A stretch of 64,000 bases of DNA from an uncultured Acidobacteriota bacterium (GTDB lineage Bacteria; Acidobacteriota; Thermoanaerobaculia; Multivoradales; UBA5704): positions 1,408,001 through 1,472,000 of the forward strand of contig OY969474.1 in assembly GCA_963700145.1 (NCBI GenBank), in the 5' to 3' direction. The notes below the pieces were generated by a model. That model saw only the letters and a list, made by a program, of their open reading frames with translations. It had not been told where the DNA came from and did no database searches. Below, piece after piece: positions 37,860-48,600 of this stretch (positions are counted from its first letter, which is position 1; every line of letters starts with the position of its first letter). The translations under genes were made by a program, and so were the position numbers.

Positions 37860-38075
37860 CACTCCCTGCGAGCTGCCCTCGGCGAGGTCCCCGACGGCTA
37901 CGCCGGCGCGCTCCGCCCCGGCCTGCCGGCCGCGTGGCCGGCCTTCCTCGACAAGCTCCTGGCGAAGCAGCCGGCGCAGCGCTACGGCTCGGCCGAAGAG
38001 GTGCTGGCAGCGCTCGCGGCGCTGCCGGAGGCGGAGGACGAGACGGTCGTGCTCAAGAGGCAAGCGTCAGGGACG
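37860..38075 (+). pseudogene. Remnant of a Ser/Thr protein kinase C-lobe
   Basis: ALRPGLPAAWPAFLDKLLAKQPAQRYGSAEEVLAAL resembles kinase subdomains X-XI; no N-terminal kinase motifs. Bounds are approximate. Confidence 0.55.
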
Positions 38076-38648
38076 CTTGATCAGGCTTCCCGTGAGCCGG
38101 TTGACCGAGGCGTCCGGGAAGACGCCGCCGTCGGGAGCGAGCTGCCCCTTCGCCACGATCGCCGCGCGCAGCGTGAACTTGGAGACGGGACGCGCGCCTA
38201 TGCCGACGAGCCAGCCCTCGATGTGGTCCTTTTCGTCGCACCGTTCGCCGAGCGCCTGGTGGGAGCCGCTGCGGCTGATGAGCTCGAGGATGCCCCGGAA
38301 GTAGAGAACGTCAGGCTGCGGCGGGTTCTTCTTGACGATGCGGAACTGGCCCATGAAATGGGCGAAGCCGTCGGCGCGGGCGATGGTGACGCCTTTCGCG
38401 GTGAGCTGGGTGGACGGCCAGATCGCGAGGCTCTCGTCGCACTGGAGAGCCGCCGTGATCCGCCAGGTGAAGGTGGTGACGAAGCGGACCGTCCTTCCGG
38501 CCCCGCCTCCGCCTTCGCACGTGTACGACGACGGCTTCGCGCCGTCGAAGACGCCGTCGAAGGTGCGGTCGACCCTGAAGAGACAGTAGCTCACGTTCGC
38601 CGCAAGGCCGGGGATCGTCACGTCCGGGAACGAGCTCAGAGGGGGCAT
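38067..38648 (-). CDS. Hypothetical beta-rich protein
   Basis: 193 aa; GGAGGTG RBS upstream of the ATG. Confidence 0.7.
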   Translation of the reverse strand: MPPLSSFPDVTIPGLAANVSYCLFRVDRTFDGVFDGAKPSSYTCEGGGGAGRTVRFVTTFTWRITAALQCDESLAIWPSTQLTAKGVTIARADGFAHFMGQFRIVKKNPPQPDVLYFRGILELISRSGSHQALGERCDEKDHIEGWLVGIGARPVSKFTLRAAIVAKGQLAPDGGVFPDASVNRLTGSLIKRP

Positions 38649-38690
38649 GGATCACCTCCATTCCCGAGTGTAGAACGATCTCCAGCCGCG

Positions 38691-39656
38691 TCATACCGTG
38701 ACCACGACCTTCCCCCGCGCGTGCCCCTCTTCCAGGTACCGGATCGCTTCCGGCGCCTCGCGCAACCCGTAGCTCTTGTCGAGAACCGGCGTCACCTTGC
38801 CGGCGGCGATCAGGTCGCGCAGGAAGGTCAGGTCCTCCTTGTTCCGCCGCGCCATGGACACGACGAGCTTCTGGCTCACGAACGGCGACACCAGGAGCGT
38901 CTTGAGCAGACGGAGGAGCGGGCCGACCCACGGGCCGCCCGAGCCGCCGATCACGACGTAGATGCCCTTGGGCTCGAGGGCGCGCCGGCAGGCCGACAAG
39001 GAGTGGTTGCCGATGCAGTCGAGGATCACGTCGTAGCGGCGCCCGGTCTTGGTGAAGTCCTCCCGCCGGTAGTCGACGACGCGGTCCGCGCCGATCGAGC
39101 GCACCAGGTCCACGTTCCGCGTGCTGCAGACGCCGGTCACCTCGGCGCCGAGCGCCTTGGCGATCTGCACGGCGAAGGTGCCCACGCCTCCCGCCGCGCC
39201 GTTGACCAGGACCGTCTGGCCCGGCCGCACCCGCCCCCGGTCGCGCAGGCTCTGCAGCGCGGTGAGCGCCGCCATCGGCACCGCGGCGGCCTGCTCGAAG
39301 GTCATGCTCGGCGGCTTGACGACCAGCGCCGACTCGGCAGCGCACACGTACTCGGCGAGGGCCCCGCGGCAGGCGCCGAAGACCTCGTCGCCTACTTTGA
39401 GCTGCGTCACGTTCCTGCCCACCGCCTCGACCCGGCCGGCCACGTCGGCGCCTAGCCGCGTCTCCTTCGGCTTGCGCAGCCCGGTGCCCAGGCGGAAGAG
39501 GTACGGCGTGCCGCGCATGCTGTACCAGTCGAGCGGATTGACCGACGCCGCGCGCACCCGCACCAGGACGTCGTCGTCCCCGACGGCCGGCTGCGCGACC
39601 TCCTCGCAGCGCAGGACGTCGGGCGAGCCGTAGCGGTGGTAGACGATCGCCTTCAT
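38691..39656 (-). CDS. NAD(P)-dependent alcohol dehydrogenase / quinone-oxidoreductase-like MDR protein
   Basis: YGSPDVL, ASVNPLD, NGAAGGVG and GHARGKVVV motifs. Confidence 0.93.
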   Translation of the reverse strand: MKAIVYHRYGSPDVLRCEEVAQPAVGDDDVLVRVRAASVNPLDWYSMRGTPYLFRLGTGLRKPKETRLGADVAGRVEAVGRNVTQLKVGDEVFGACRGALAEYVCAAESALVVKPPSMTFEQAAAVPMAALTALQSLRDRGRVRPGQTVLVNGAAGGVGTFAVQIAKALGAEVTGVCSTRNVDLVRSIGADRVVDYRREDFTKTGRRYDVILDCIGNHSLSACRRALEPKGIYVVIGGSGGPWVGPLLRLLKTLLVSPFVSQKLVVSMARRNKEDLTFLRDLIAAGKVTPVLDKSYGLREAPEAIRYLEEGHARGKVVVTV

Positions 39657-39709
39657 CGCAGGCTCCTTCGCGGTTATTTCTCCTCCCTACGGCCGGCGGG
39701 CGCGGGTTG

Positions 39710-41155
39710 TTACAGCTCGTCGGCGCGCAGCGCGAACGACAGCTCCGGCGTCTGTGCGAGGCAACTCGCGTCCAGGCCCTCCAGGCCGCCGGCGGCGACG
39801 AAGGCCTGCACCATCCCCGCGACGCACGGGTCCGTGTCGTTGTGCCCCCGGCGGGGCAGGACGAGGTGGCGCGCGTTGGTGAGGGACCGCGCCGCCCTCT
39901 CGCCGTAGCGCGGCGCGGTGACGTGGTCCAGGGCGCCGGTGAGGATCAAGGCGGGAACGTCGGAGCGGACCGGCGCCCGGTAGCCCTCGGGCAGCCAGCC
40001 GCGCGCCCACTCGCCGCAGGCGAGGACCTCGCGGCCGAGACGGAACCCGCCCAGGAACGTGCCGGCCGTCGCGGCCGGCACGGCGGCGGCGTCGAACTGC
40101 GGGATCTCGTCGCTGCAGATGATCGAGAGGTAGACGCCTTTCGGGATCCCGCTCTCTCCCCGGGCCGCCAGCCGGCGGGCGAGCGGCTGGTAGTCGCCGG
40201 CATGGGCGAGGTGGATCAGGAGAGGCAGGTCGTGGATCCGCTCGGCCGAGAACAGCACGCTGAGAACGAAGCCGCCGAGGACCTCGGCGTCGATCGGGAC
40301 CTCCACCTCCTGGCCGGTCTCCGGCTTCCTCACCTTGACCTTGACGGGCTTGCCGGCGAGGCGCTCGCGCAGCGCGCCGAACTCCCGGGCGAGGTGCGGG
40401 AAGGCGGCGTGGCAACCCTGGTGCCGGGCGCAGGCGGCGAAGACCTCCTCCAGCGCCGACTGGGAGGAGCGCGGAACCTCGAGCCAGATCGGCGCGTCGA
40501 TGGGGACCACGCCGTGCAGGACGACGGACCGGACGCGCTCCGGATGCCGGCGCAGGTAGACCATCGCCGCCTTGGTGCCGTACGACACGCCGTAGAGGTT
40601 GAGCCGCGGATAGCCGAGCCAGGCGCGGACCTCGTCGAGGTCGTCCATCGCGACGGGAGTCGTGTAGTAGCGCAGGTCGGCCTTGCGTTCCAGCTCCCGG
40701 CGGCAGCGGCGCACCGCCTCCCGGAAGCGCGCCTCGTCCCGGTACTCCGCGTTGGCGGGGTCCGTGGACAGCGCGCATTCCAGCGCGTTGGACGCCCCGC
40801 TCCCCCGCTGGTCGATCAGGACGATGTCGTGGCGCCGCCGCAGGTCGGGAAAGGCCCGGCTGAAGTAGCTCGCGTAGCTGGTGGCCGGCACGACGCCGCC
40901 GCCGGCGAGAAAGACCAGCGGGTCGGGCGCTACGTCCGGGGTCGTCGCCGGCAGGACCACGACGTTGAGACCGATCTTCCGTTCCGTGCCGGCGGCGCGG
41001 TCCTCGTCGACCTCGTACCGGCCGCAGAGGACCTCCTCCTTCACGCCCGGGACGCGGCAAGGCGCCAGCTTGTCCGTCGGGCCGCGGCCCGGAGCCGCGC
41101 CGAGCGACAGCAGGAGGACGACGGCCGGAAGGGCCGGATTCACCGTGCGAGTCAT
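39710..41155 (-). CDS. Secreted alpha/beta hydrolase (TAP-like peptidase)
   Basis: Signal peptide; DQRGSG; GVSYG nucleophile elbow; GALDHVT; terminal GH. Confidence 0.9.
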   Translation of the reverse strand: MTRTVNPALPAVVLLLSLGAAPGRGPTDKLAPCRVPGVKEEVLCGRYEVDEDRAAGTERKIGLNVVVLPATTPDVAPDPLVFLAGGGVVPATSYASYFSRAFPDLRRRHDIVLIDQRGSGASNALECALSTDPANAEYRDEARFREAVRRCRRELERKADLRYYTTPVAMDDLDEVRAWLGYPRLNLYGVSYGTKAAMVYLRRHPERVRSVVLHGVVPIDAPIWLEVPRSSQSALEEVFAACARHQGCHAAFPHLAREFGALRERLAGKPVKVKVRKPETGQEVEVPIDAEVLGGFVLSVLFSAERIHDLPLLIHLAHAGDYQPLARRLAARGESGIPKGVYLSIICSDEIPQFDAAAVPAATAGTFLGGFRLGREVLACGEWARGWLPEGYRAPVRSDVPALILTGALDHVTAPRYGERAARSLTNARHLVLPRRGHNDTDPCVAGMVQAFVAAGGLEGLDASCLAQTPELSFALRADEL

Positions 41156-41225
41156 CTGTCCTCCTCCCGGGGGCGGGTCTCCGCCAATCTACGCGGAGGA
41201 GGCGGGCGCGGTTTCGCGGCGCGGG

Positions 41226-42200
41226 CTACAGCGGGACGGGCACGCCGCCCACCACCCGTTCGATCGCGGCGCGGGCGGCGTCGAGGTCGGGGGTGCCGCG
41301 GCGGAGGGCGACGCGGTGGGCGAGGACGGTCGGCGCCAAGCGCTGGACGTCGTCGGGGATGGCGTAGCTGCGGCCCTCGCAGAGGGCGAGAGCTTGCGTC
41401 GCGCGGTAGAGGCTCTGGGTGCCGCGGGTCGAGACGCCGAGCATGAACTCGCCGCCGCTGCGGGTGGCCTCGGCGAGCGCCAGGATGTAGTCGGCGAGCT
41501 TCTCCGGCACGCGCACGGCCGCGACCCGCCGCTGCAGCTCCAGGAGCTCCTCCTTCGTCACCACCGGCCGCAGCTCCTCGAGCACCGCCTCGACGCCGCC
41601 GGAGAGGAGCAGCTCCCGCTCGTCGGTGCGCGGCGGGTAGCCGAGGCGCAGGCACATGAGGAAGCGGTCGAGCTGCGACTCCGGCAGCGGGAAGGTTCCC
41701 TGGTACTCCAGCGGGTTCTGGGTCGCCAGCACCAGGAAGGGGTCCGGCAGGGTGTAGCGCTTGCGCTCGACCGAGACCCGCCCCTCGCTCATCGCCTCCA
41801 GGAGGGCCGACTGCGTCTTCGGGGTGGCGCGGTTGATTTCGTCGGCCACCAGCACGTGGGCGAAGAGCGGCCCGGGGATGAACTCGAAGGCCTGGGTCTT
41901 CTGGTTGAAGATCGAGACGCCGATGATGTCGGAGGGCAGGAGGTCGCTGGTGAACTGGATACGCTGGAAGGCGAGCCCGAGCGAGCGGGCGAAGGCCTGG
42001 GCGAGCGTGGTCTTCCCCACTCCCGGCACGTCCTCGACCAGCACGTGGCCGCGGGCCAGCAGGCAGACCGTAGTCAGGCGGATCGCCTCGCGCTTGCCGC
42101 GCAGGACGCGCGCCACGTTGTCCTCCAGGCGCTGGATGGGGAGGGCGGCCTCCGGGGCGTCCACGGCGACGGCGGCGAGCGGGCGTTCCATGGTGGCCAT
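41226..42200 (-). CDS. moxR: MoxR-family AAA+ ATPase
   Basis: EDVPGVGKT, RIQFTSDLLPSD, DEINRA, ATQNP and LPESQLDRF motifs. Start is 42200 or 42191. Confidence 0.93.
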   Translation of the reverse strand: MATMERPLAAVAVDAPEAALPIQRLEDNVARVLRGKREAIRLTTVCLLARGHVLVEDVPGVGKTTLAQAFARSLGLAFQRIQFTSDLLPSDIIGVSIFNQKTQAFEFIPGPLFAHVLVADEINRATPKTQSALLEAMSEGRVSVERKRYTLPDPFLVLATQNPLEYQGTFPLPESQLDRFLMCLRLGYPPRTDERELLLSGGVEAVLEELRPVVTKEELLELQRRVAAVRVPEKLADYILALAEATRSGGEFMLGVSTRGTQSLYRATQALALCEGRSYAIPDDVQRLAPTVLAHRVALRRGTPDLDAARAAIERVVGGVPVPL

Positions 42201-42288
42201 CGCGGGATTGTACGGTGCAGCCCGGGGGGAGCGTTGGCGCCGACTTTGTGGTAGCGTAAACAAGGCATAAATGACCGGGGCGCAAAGT

Positions 42289-42317
42289 TTGACCCCCCGT
42301 TTTCCGTCTTCTACGAT
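42289..42317 (+). promoter_or_regulatory. Sigma70-type promoter of recA
   Basis: TTGACC (42289-42294), 17-nt spacer, TACGAT (42312-42317). Confidence 0.7.
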
Positions 42318-42347
42318 GCGAGGGCGGTCCGCCGCCGAGAGGAGCCC

Positions 42348-43385
42348 ATGTCCGAGCCCAGAATCGACCGTCTGAAGTCCATCGAAAACGCCGTGCAGCA
42401 GATCGAGAGGCAGTTCGGCAAGGGCTCGATCATGCGCCTCGGGGCGCGCGAGCACCTGGCCGTCGAGGCCATCCCCACGGGGTCGCTGGCCGTCGACTAC
42501 GCGATCGGCATCGGCGGCTTCCCGCGCGGCCGGGTGGTCGAGATCTACGGCCCGGAGTCTTCCGGTAAGACGACCCTGGCGCTCTCGGTCGTCGGCCAGG
42601 CGCAGCGCAAGGGGGGGATCGCCGCCTTCATCGACGCCGAGCACGCCCTCGACGCCGAGTACGCCAAGAAGCTCGGCGTCGACATCGACAACATGCTGGT
42701 CTCGCAGCCGGACAGCGGCGAGCAGGCCCTGGAGATCGCCGAGATGCTGGTGCGCAGCAACTCGGTGGACGTGGTGGTCATCGACTCGGTGGCGGCGCTG
42801 GTGCCCAAGGCCGAGCTCGAGGGGGAGATGGGGGACTCGCACGTCGGGCTGCAGGCGCGGCTCATGTCGCAGGCCCTGCGCAAGCTGACGGCGATCGTCG
42901 CCAAGTCCCAGACCTGCCTCGTCTTCATCAACCAGATCCGCGAGAAGATCGGGGTCATGTTCGGCAACCCCGAGACCACGACCGGCGGCCGCGCGCTCAA
43001 GTTCTACTCCTCGCTGCGCATCGACATCCGGCGCATCGCCGCGCTCAAGGACGGCGAGGAGGTCACCGGCGCGCGCGCCAAGGTCAAGGTGGTCAAGAAC
43101 AAGCTCGCCGCGCCCTTCCGCCAGGCGGAGTTCGACATCGACTACGGCGAGGGGATCTCGCGCCCGGGCGAGCTGGTCGACCTGGGCGTCGAGCACAAGC
43201 TGGTGGTCAAGAGCGGCGCCTGGTACAGCTACGGCGACGTTCGCATCGGCCAGGGGCGCGAGAACGCCAAGCAGTTTCTACGCGACAACCCGGACCTGGC
43301 CGACGAGCTGGAGGCGCGCCTGCGCGAAAAGATGGGCATGCCCGCCGCCACCCAGCGCGCGGCGGTCGCGGCGGCGGCCGAGTAA
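42348..43385 (+). CDS. recA: Recombinase RecA
   Basis: [37 protein letters not shown] and GGRALKFY motifs. Confidence 0.99.
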   Translation: MSEPRIDRLKSIENAVQQIERQFGKGSIMRLGAREHLAVEAIPTGSLAVDYAIGIGGFPRGRVVEIYGPESSGKTTLALSVVGQAQRKGGIAAFIDAEHALDAEYAKKLGVDIDNMLVSQPDSGEQALEIAEMLVRSNSVDVVVIDSVAALVPKAELEGEMGDSHVGLQARLMSQALRKLTAIVAKSQTCLVFINQIREKIGVMFGNPETTTGGRALKFYSSLRIDIRRIAALKDGEEVTGARAKVKVVKNKLAAPFRQAEFDIDYGEGISRPGELVDLGVEHKLVVKSGAWYSYGDVRIGQGRENAKQFLRDNPDLADELEARLREKMGMPAATQRAAVAAAAE

Positions 43386-43493
43386 GAGTTGTACGAACGC
43401 TACTGCGACCCCGACCGCATCGGCTGCCGGCGCGAAGAGATCCGGCGCGAGCACTGCGGAACGTTCCTCGACGGCCTCGCCTGACGCGGGCCG

Positions 43494-45476
43494 ATGCGCG
43501 CCTTCATCGTCCGCCCGTTCGGGACCAAAAGCGACATCGACTTCGACCGGGTGGAACGGGAGCTGATCGCCCCGGCGCTCGACGCCCTCGGGGTCGCCGG
43601 GCGGACCACGGCCGAGATCCTCAAGCAGGGCAACATCCGGGTGGACATGTTCCAGCGCCTGCTGACGGCGGACCTCGTCGTCGCCGACGCGTCGATTCAC
43701 AACGCCAACGTCTTCTACGAGTTGGGCATCCGGCACGCCCTGCGCGGTAAGCGCACCTTCCTCCTGCGCTGCGACGGCGACAAGTACCCCTTCGACCTGC
43801 AGACCGACCGCTATTTCGTCTACGGCAAGGACGACCCCGCGGCGAGCCTCGGCGAGCTGACGGAGGCGCTGCGCCGCACCCTCGCCTCCGAGGACCAGGA
43901 CAGCCCGGTCTTCCGCTCGCTCCCCAACCTGCGCCCGCAGGACCGCTCCACCTTCCTCGTCGTGCCGCGCGACTTCCGCGAGGAGGTCGAACGGGCGAAG
44001 AGCGAGAAGCACCCCGGCGACCTGGAGCTGCTGGCGTACGAGGCGCGCGGGCTCGAGTGGGAGTGCGAGGGGCTGCGGCTGGTGGGCCGGGCCCAATTCG
44101 ACCTCGAGGCGATGCGCGGCGCCCGCGCCACATGGGAGGCGCTGCGCCAGCTCGGCGGCGACGACGTTGAGGCGAACCTCCGGCTGGCGACGATCCACGA
44201 GCGCCTCGAAGACCTGGTGCGTGCGGACCTGGCGGTGCAGCGCGTCCTCGATCAGGCAGAGGCGGGCCCCAAGGACCGCGCGGAGGCGCTCTCCCTCGCG
44301 GCACGGAACGCCAAGCGGCGCTGGCAGCGCGATTGGGAGGAGCTGCCCGAAGGGCGGCGGTGCGAGGAGGCCCTTCGCTCCCCCCACCTGGAGACGAGCC
44401 TAGAGGCCTACGCCAAGGCCTTCCAGGAAGACCTCAACGCCTTCTATCCCGGGCTTAACGCGGTGGCGATGCTGCGGGTGCTCACCGAGCTGGCGGCAGC
44501 GCTCCCCGAGGTCTGGTCCGACCGCTTCGACGAGCTGCAGCAGGCGGTGCCGCAGCTCGCGGCGCGGCAGCGGCAGGCGGCGGAGCTGGCGGCCGCCGTC
44601 AGGACCTCGCTCGCGGCCGAGCGGGCGCGGCTCGAGCGGAAGGGCGGGCGCGACATCTGGCTCGACCTCAGCGCGGCGGACCTGACTCTGCTGACGTCGG
44701 AACGCCCGCAGCGCGTCGCCGACGCCTACCGCAAGGCGCTCGCCGGCGCTCCCGCGTTGGCCGAGGAGGTGGCGCGCGACCAGATCGCGCTGTACGAGCG
44801 GCTCGGTGTCATGGCCGACAACGCTGCGGCGGCCCTGGCCGTCTTCCCGCCGACGGGGCCGCTCGCAGTCCACCGCCAGGAGGGGCGGATCCTCCTCTTC
44901 ACGGGACACATGATCGACAGGCCGGATCGCCAGAAGCCGCGCTTCCCGGCTACCCAGGAGGCGGAAGATGCGGCGCGAGAGGCGCTCCGGGAAGCCGTCG
45001 CACGCGAGCGCGACCTCGCGCCCATCGCCTGCGGCATCGCCGGCGGGGCGAGCGGGGGCGACATCCTCTTCCACGAGGTCTGCGCCGAGCTCGGGCTCAC
45101 CACCCACCTTTTCCTCACCCTGCCGAAGACGCAATACCTCGTCGAGTCGGTCCAGGCTGCGGGACCGGAGTGGGTCGAGCGCTTCCAGCGTCTCCACAAG
45201 GGGCAGCCGGAGGTGCGCGTGCTGGCCGACACGGCGGACCTCCCGAACTGGCTGGTGGAACGGCAGTCCGAGTACTCGATCTGGCAGCGCAACAACCTCT
45301 GGCTGCTCTACAACGCCCTCGCTGAACGGGATGAGGAGGTGGTCCTGATCGCGCTCTGGAACGGCGAGGCCGGCGACGGGCCCGGTGGGATCGCCGACCT
45401 GATGCAGCGGGCGAAGGAGCGCGGGGCCAAGGCGGTCGTGCTCGACAGCAACGCGCTGTTCGGCCTGCCCTCCTGA
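43494..45476 (+). CDS. DUF4071 (ASK/MAP3K-related deoxyribohydrolase-like) + TPR + SLOG-like protein
   Basis: AFIVRPFG...[23 protein letters not shown]; FYPGLNA in the TPR region; C-terminal LLFTGHMID...[10 protein letters not shown]...RN..L...ALWNG...GPGG. Confidence 0.8.
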   Translation: MRAFIVRPFGTKSDIDFDRVERELIAPALDALGVAGRTTAEILKQGNIRVDMFQRLLTADLVVADASIHNANVFYELGIRHALRGKRTFLLRCDGDKYPFDLQTDRYFVYGKDDPAASLGELTEALRRTLASEDQDSPVFRSLPNLRPQDRSTFLVVPRDFREEVERAKSEKHPGDLELLAYEARGLEWECEGLRLVGRAQFDLEAMRGARATWEALRQLGGDDVEANLRLATIHERLEDLVRADLAVQRVLDQAEAGPKDRAEALSLAARNAKRRWQRDWEELPEGRRCEEALRSPHLETSLEAYAKAFQEDLNAFYPGLNAVAMLRVLTELAAALPEVWSDRFDELQQAVPQLAARQRQAAELAAAVRTSLAAERARLERKGGRDIWLDLSAADLTLLTSERPQRVADAYRKALAGAPALAEEVARDQIALYERLGVMADNAAAALAVFPPTGPLAVHRQEGRILLFTGHMIDRPDRQKPRFPATQEAEDAAREALREAVARERDLAPIACGIAGGASGGDILFHEVCAELGLTTHLFLTLPKTQYLVESVQAAGPEWVERFQRLHKGQPEVRVLADTADLPNWLVERQSEYSIWQRNNLWLLYNALAERDEEVVLIALWNGEAGDGPGGIADLMQRAKERGAKAVVLDSNALFGLPS

Positions 45477-45477
45477 C

Positions 45478-46245
45478 TCAGCGCAGCGCCGGCAGCCGCG
45501 CCTCGTCGGAGAAGAGGATCGCGGTCAGGTCGCGCACCAGGTTCTCGCCGGAGAGGTGGGGGTCGTCGATGCCGAGCTTGGCGCGGTAGGCGGCGCCGAC
45601 CTCCTCCATCAGGTCGTAGCGCGCGCTCTCCTCGAGGGCGTCGGCGCGCAGGCAGAGGGCGAGGAGGAACTCCCGCTCCGCGAGGCCGATGCGGTGGCGG
45701 ATCAGGCGCAGCACCCGCCGCGTGCGCAGGCTGTTGAACTGGCGCGGGCGGCCGAGCGCCGCGGGGCTCAGCGGCCGGGCGCGCGCCTCCTGCACGACCA
45801 CGGTGTCGGCCAGCAGGTCGCCGAGCCGCCGGCGCTCGCGGTCGAGCAGGCAGGCGGCGCCGCCGACGCCGTAGAAGACGGGCAGGAAGTCGAGGGCGCG
45901 CACGGCGTTGCGCGCCAGCGACTGCTGCCAGGTGAGCGGCAGGCCGTGGCCGTCCACCACCCGCAGGCCGAGCAGGCGCTTGCCCCAGGTCCGGCCCTGC
46001 CGCCGCACCTCGAACCAGAGGTGGTAGGCCCAGGTCAGCACGAAGCTCAAGGTGATCGCCAGTGCCTGCCCGATCCCCCACGGCAGCCGCGCCAGGGCCG
46101 CCGCGAGCATGACGGTGAACGCCAGGATCACCCCGGCGTCCACCAGCAGGGCGAGGAAGCGGCTGGCGAGCCCCGCCGGCACCAGACGCAGCTCGACGTG
46201 CTCGGGGGTAAGCACCACCCGCTCGCGGCGGCGCGCGGCGCTCAC
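45478..46245 (-). CDS. RDD family membrane protein
   Basis: GTG 46245; TPEHVEL..AGLASRFLALLVD, GRTWGKRLLGLRVV and RRLGDLLADTVVV motifs. Confidence 0.88.
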   Translation of the reverse strand: MSAARRRERVVLTPEHVELRLVPAGLASRFLALLVDAGVILAFTVMLAAALARLPWGIGQALAITLSFVLTWAYHLWFEVRRQGRTWGKRLLGLRVVDGHGLPLTWQQSLARNAVRALDFLPVFYGVGGAACLLDRERRRLGDLLADTVVVQEARARPLSPAALGRPRQFNSLRTRRVLRLIRHRIGLAEREFLLALCLRADALEESARYDLMEEVGAAYRAKLGIDDPHLSGENLVRDLTAILFSDEARLPALR

Positions 46246-47234
46246 GGCTCCCCCCGCCGCGCCGCAAAGAGGTAGACGACCAGGGCCGCGAAGAGGGCGG
46301 CCGCGGCGCCGACCTTGAGCGCGTAGGGCACCGCCTTCGCCGTCATCTGCGAGAAGGACCCTTCGATCAGCCCGGCCACGACCAGGATCAGCGCCGCGCC
46401 GAGCAGCATCGCCCAGAGGCTCGGCAGCGCCCGCCGCAGCGCCGCGCCGCGGCTGAGCCGGCCCGGCAGCCAAAGCGCGTGGCCGGCCACCAGCCCGGCG
46501 GCGCCGGCGAAGACGATCGCCGGCAGCTCCAGCGCCCCGTGCGGTCCGACCCAGGCGAGGAAGAAGAGCTGCACGCCGTCGAGGAGGTAGAGGCCGGCCA
46601 CCGCGCCGAGCACGACGCCGTTGTAGAAGAGGATCCAGTAGCCGCCGAGGATCGTCAGCGCGCCGAGGCTGAAGGCGAGGAGAGAGACCTTGATGTTGTG
46701 GGTGTAGAGCGAGGCGCCGAAGTAGAGCGCCTTCTCCACCGTGTCGATGCGCTCCTCCTCGCTCTCGATCCGCGCCACCCGCTCGCGCGGGCTCTCGGTG
46801 AAGAACTGGGCCGGGACGAGGTCGCGGCCGTTGCGCGGGTCCTCGAGGACGGCGGCGAAGCCGACCGCGGCGCCCAGGAGGAACGTCGCCGCCGCCGCCA
46901 GCACCAGCCGCCGCTCGCGCCGGAAGGCGGCCGGCAGCTCGAAGGCGAAGAAGCGGCGCACCGCCTCGCCCGCCGGCTGCCGCCGCCCGCCGCCGCGGTA
47001 GACGAAGCGGTAGCCGCGCGCCGCCAGCTCGTTGAGATAGCCCAGGAGCGCCGGGTTGGCGGTCGCCGAGCGCGCCTGGTTCAAGTCCGAGCAGGCCAGC
47101 CGGTAGAGCCGCACCAGCTCCTGGATGCGCTCGGCGCCGAGCTCCCACTCGGGCACCTTGTCGGCGGTCGCCAGCAGCTCCTCGAGCTGCTGCCACTGGG
47201 GCCGGCGGGCGGCGATAAAGCGCTCTACATCCAT
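46242..47234 (-). CDS. SpoIIM-family membrane protein
   Basis: RFIAARRPQW, THNIKV, PHGALEL and AGLIEG motifs. Confidence 0.9.
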   Translation of the reverse strand: MDVERFIAARRPQWQQLEELLATADKVPEWELGAERIQELVRLYRLACSDLNQARSATANPALLGYLNELAARGYRFVYRGGGRRQPAGEAVRRFFAFELPAAFRRERRLVLAAAATFLLGAAVGFAAVLEDPRNGRDLVPAQFFTESPRERVARIESEEERIDTVEKALYFGASLYTHNIKVSLLAFSLGALTILGGYWILFYNGVVLGAVAGLYLLDGVQLFFLAWVGPHGALELPAIVFAGAAGLVAGHALWLPGRLSRGAALRRALPSLWAMLLGAALILVVAGLIEGSFSQMTAKAVPYALKVGAAAALFAALVVYLFAARRGEP

Positions 47235-47240
47235 TAACTG

Positions 47241-47276
47241 CCCCCACCCAGATCCTTCGCTGCGCTCAGGATGACA
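47241..47276. repeat. REP-like palindromic element
   Basis: cccccacccagatccttcgctgcgctcaggatgaca, near-identical to 14041-14077. Confidence 0.85.
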
Positions 47277-47286
47277 GCGGAAGCTG

Positions 47287-48591
47287 TCACAGCCGCTGCG
47301 CCCGCTTGACGTCGAGGTAGGCGTTCACCGCTTCGATCCCCGCTTCGCCGGGGGGCGTCTCGACGACCAGGGCGCCGCGCCGGCGCAGGCGGCGCACCAT
47401 CTGCTGGCGGCCGTGCCAGAGGTCGCGCGCCACGAGAGTGCGGGAGAGCTCCTCCTTGTCCGCCGGCCGCAGGCGCGCCACCGCCTCCAGCTCCGGGTCG
47501 GCGAAGAGGACGACGAGCGGCAGGTGCTGCGGCGTCAGCAGCTCGGCGGCGGCGAGGAGGTCGGCCTGCTCCTCCAGCTCCGGCAGCGCGGTCAGGATCA
47601 TCACCAGCGTGCGGTGCCGCAGCCGCCGCCGCAGGTGGGCGGCGAGCGCCAGGTAGTCGGTGTGCACCACCTCCGGCGCCAGGTCGGTGGCGTAGGCGGT
47701 CAGACGCCGGAGCTGCGTCCGCCCGCGACCCTGTGCGATCCCCTGCTCGGCCTCGGCGGCGAAGGAGAGGAGGCCGATCCGGTCCTCCATCCGGTTCGAG
47801 ATATAGGCGAGGAGGAGCGCGGCGTGGATCGCGTGGTCGAGACGGGTCAGCCGCGCCACCCGCGCCGCCATGCGGTGGCCGCGGTCGAGGCAGACGACGA
47901 TGTCCTGCGAGCGGTCGAGCCGGAACTCCTGGACGATCAGCTTGCGGTGCCGCGCCGAGGCCTTCCAGGCCACGTCGCGCAGGTCGTCGCCCTGCACGTA
48001 GTCGCGCAGGCGGTCGAACTCCCGCCCCTTGCCGAGCCGCGCCGAGGCGCGGCTGCCGAGGCCGCGCAGGGCGAAGCGGTTGAGCCGCCGATGCAGTCGC
48101 CCAACGGCCTTGAGGTTCGGCAGCACCTGCACCTCACCGGGTACCGGCAGGGCGAGCCGGCGCTCGACCAGCCCCCAGCGGGTGATCGCGGCGTAGGGCG
48201 GCGGCAGCGCCGCCCGCCCGCGCTCGACGCCGCGCACCGTGAAGCGGAAGCGCGCCAGCTCCCCGGGCCGCAGCCGCCGCGCCTCCTCGCTCGCCGCCGG
48301 CTCGAGGAGCGGCGGCCAGACCTGCCGCACGACTAGGCGGAGCGCCCGCGGCGCGTGGCTGGCGACCGCGAGCTCCACCTCCTCCGGCTCGTCGAGCGAC
48401 AGCGCCAGGCGCGCCGGCCGCTCGGCGGCGAGCCGCGCGCGGCCGAGCGACCCGGCCTCGACCGCCGCCGCCGCGCCGAGCGCCAGGACGGCGGCGGCGA
48501 GCGGCGCCGCGAGCCCCGGCAGCCAGTGCGCCGCGACGGCGGCGACTGCCAGGAGCGCCAGCAGGCGGATCGCGCGCTCGCCCGGCCGCAT
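47287..48591 (-). CDS. DUF58 protein (vWA-like)
   Basis: GREFDRLRDYVQGDDLRDVAWKASAR and LDRGHRM motifs. Confidence 0.9.
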   Translation of the reverse strand: MRPGERAIRLLALLAVAAVAAHWLPGLAAPLAAAVLALGAAAAVEAGSLGRARLAAERPARLALSLDEPEEVELAVASHAPRALRLVVRQVWPPLLEPAASEEARRLRPGELARFRFTVRGVERGRAALPPPYAAITRWGLVERRLALPVPGEVQVLPNLKAVGRLHRRLNRFALRGLGSRASARLGKGREFDRLRDYVQGDDLRDVAWKASARHRKLIVQEFRLDRSQDIVVCLDRGHRMAARVARLTRLDHAIHAALLLAYISNRMEDRIGLLSFAAEAEQGIAQGRGRTQLRRLTAYATDLAPEVVHTDYLALAAHLRRRLRHRTLVMILTALPELEEQADLLAAAELLTPQHLPLVVLFADPELEAVARLRPADKEELSRTLVARDLWHGRQQMVRRLRRRGALVVETPPGEAGIEAVNAYLDVKRAQRL

Positions 48592-48600
48592 CGCGTGCGC

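Noticed and set aside
42230-42347. LexA/SOS box upstream of recA
   Set aside because: No convincing CTGT-N8-ACAG, GAAC-N4-GTTC or GTTC-N7-GTTC motif seen.
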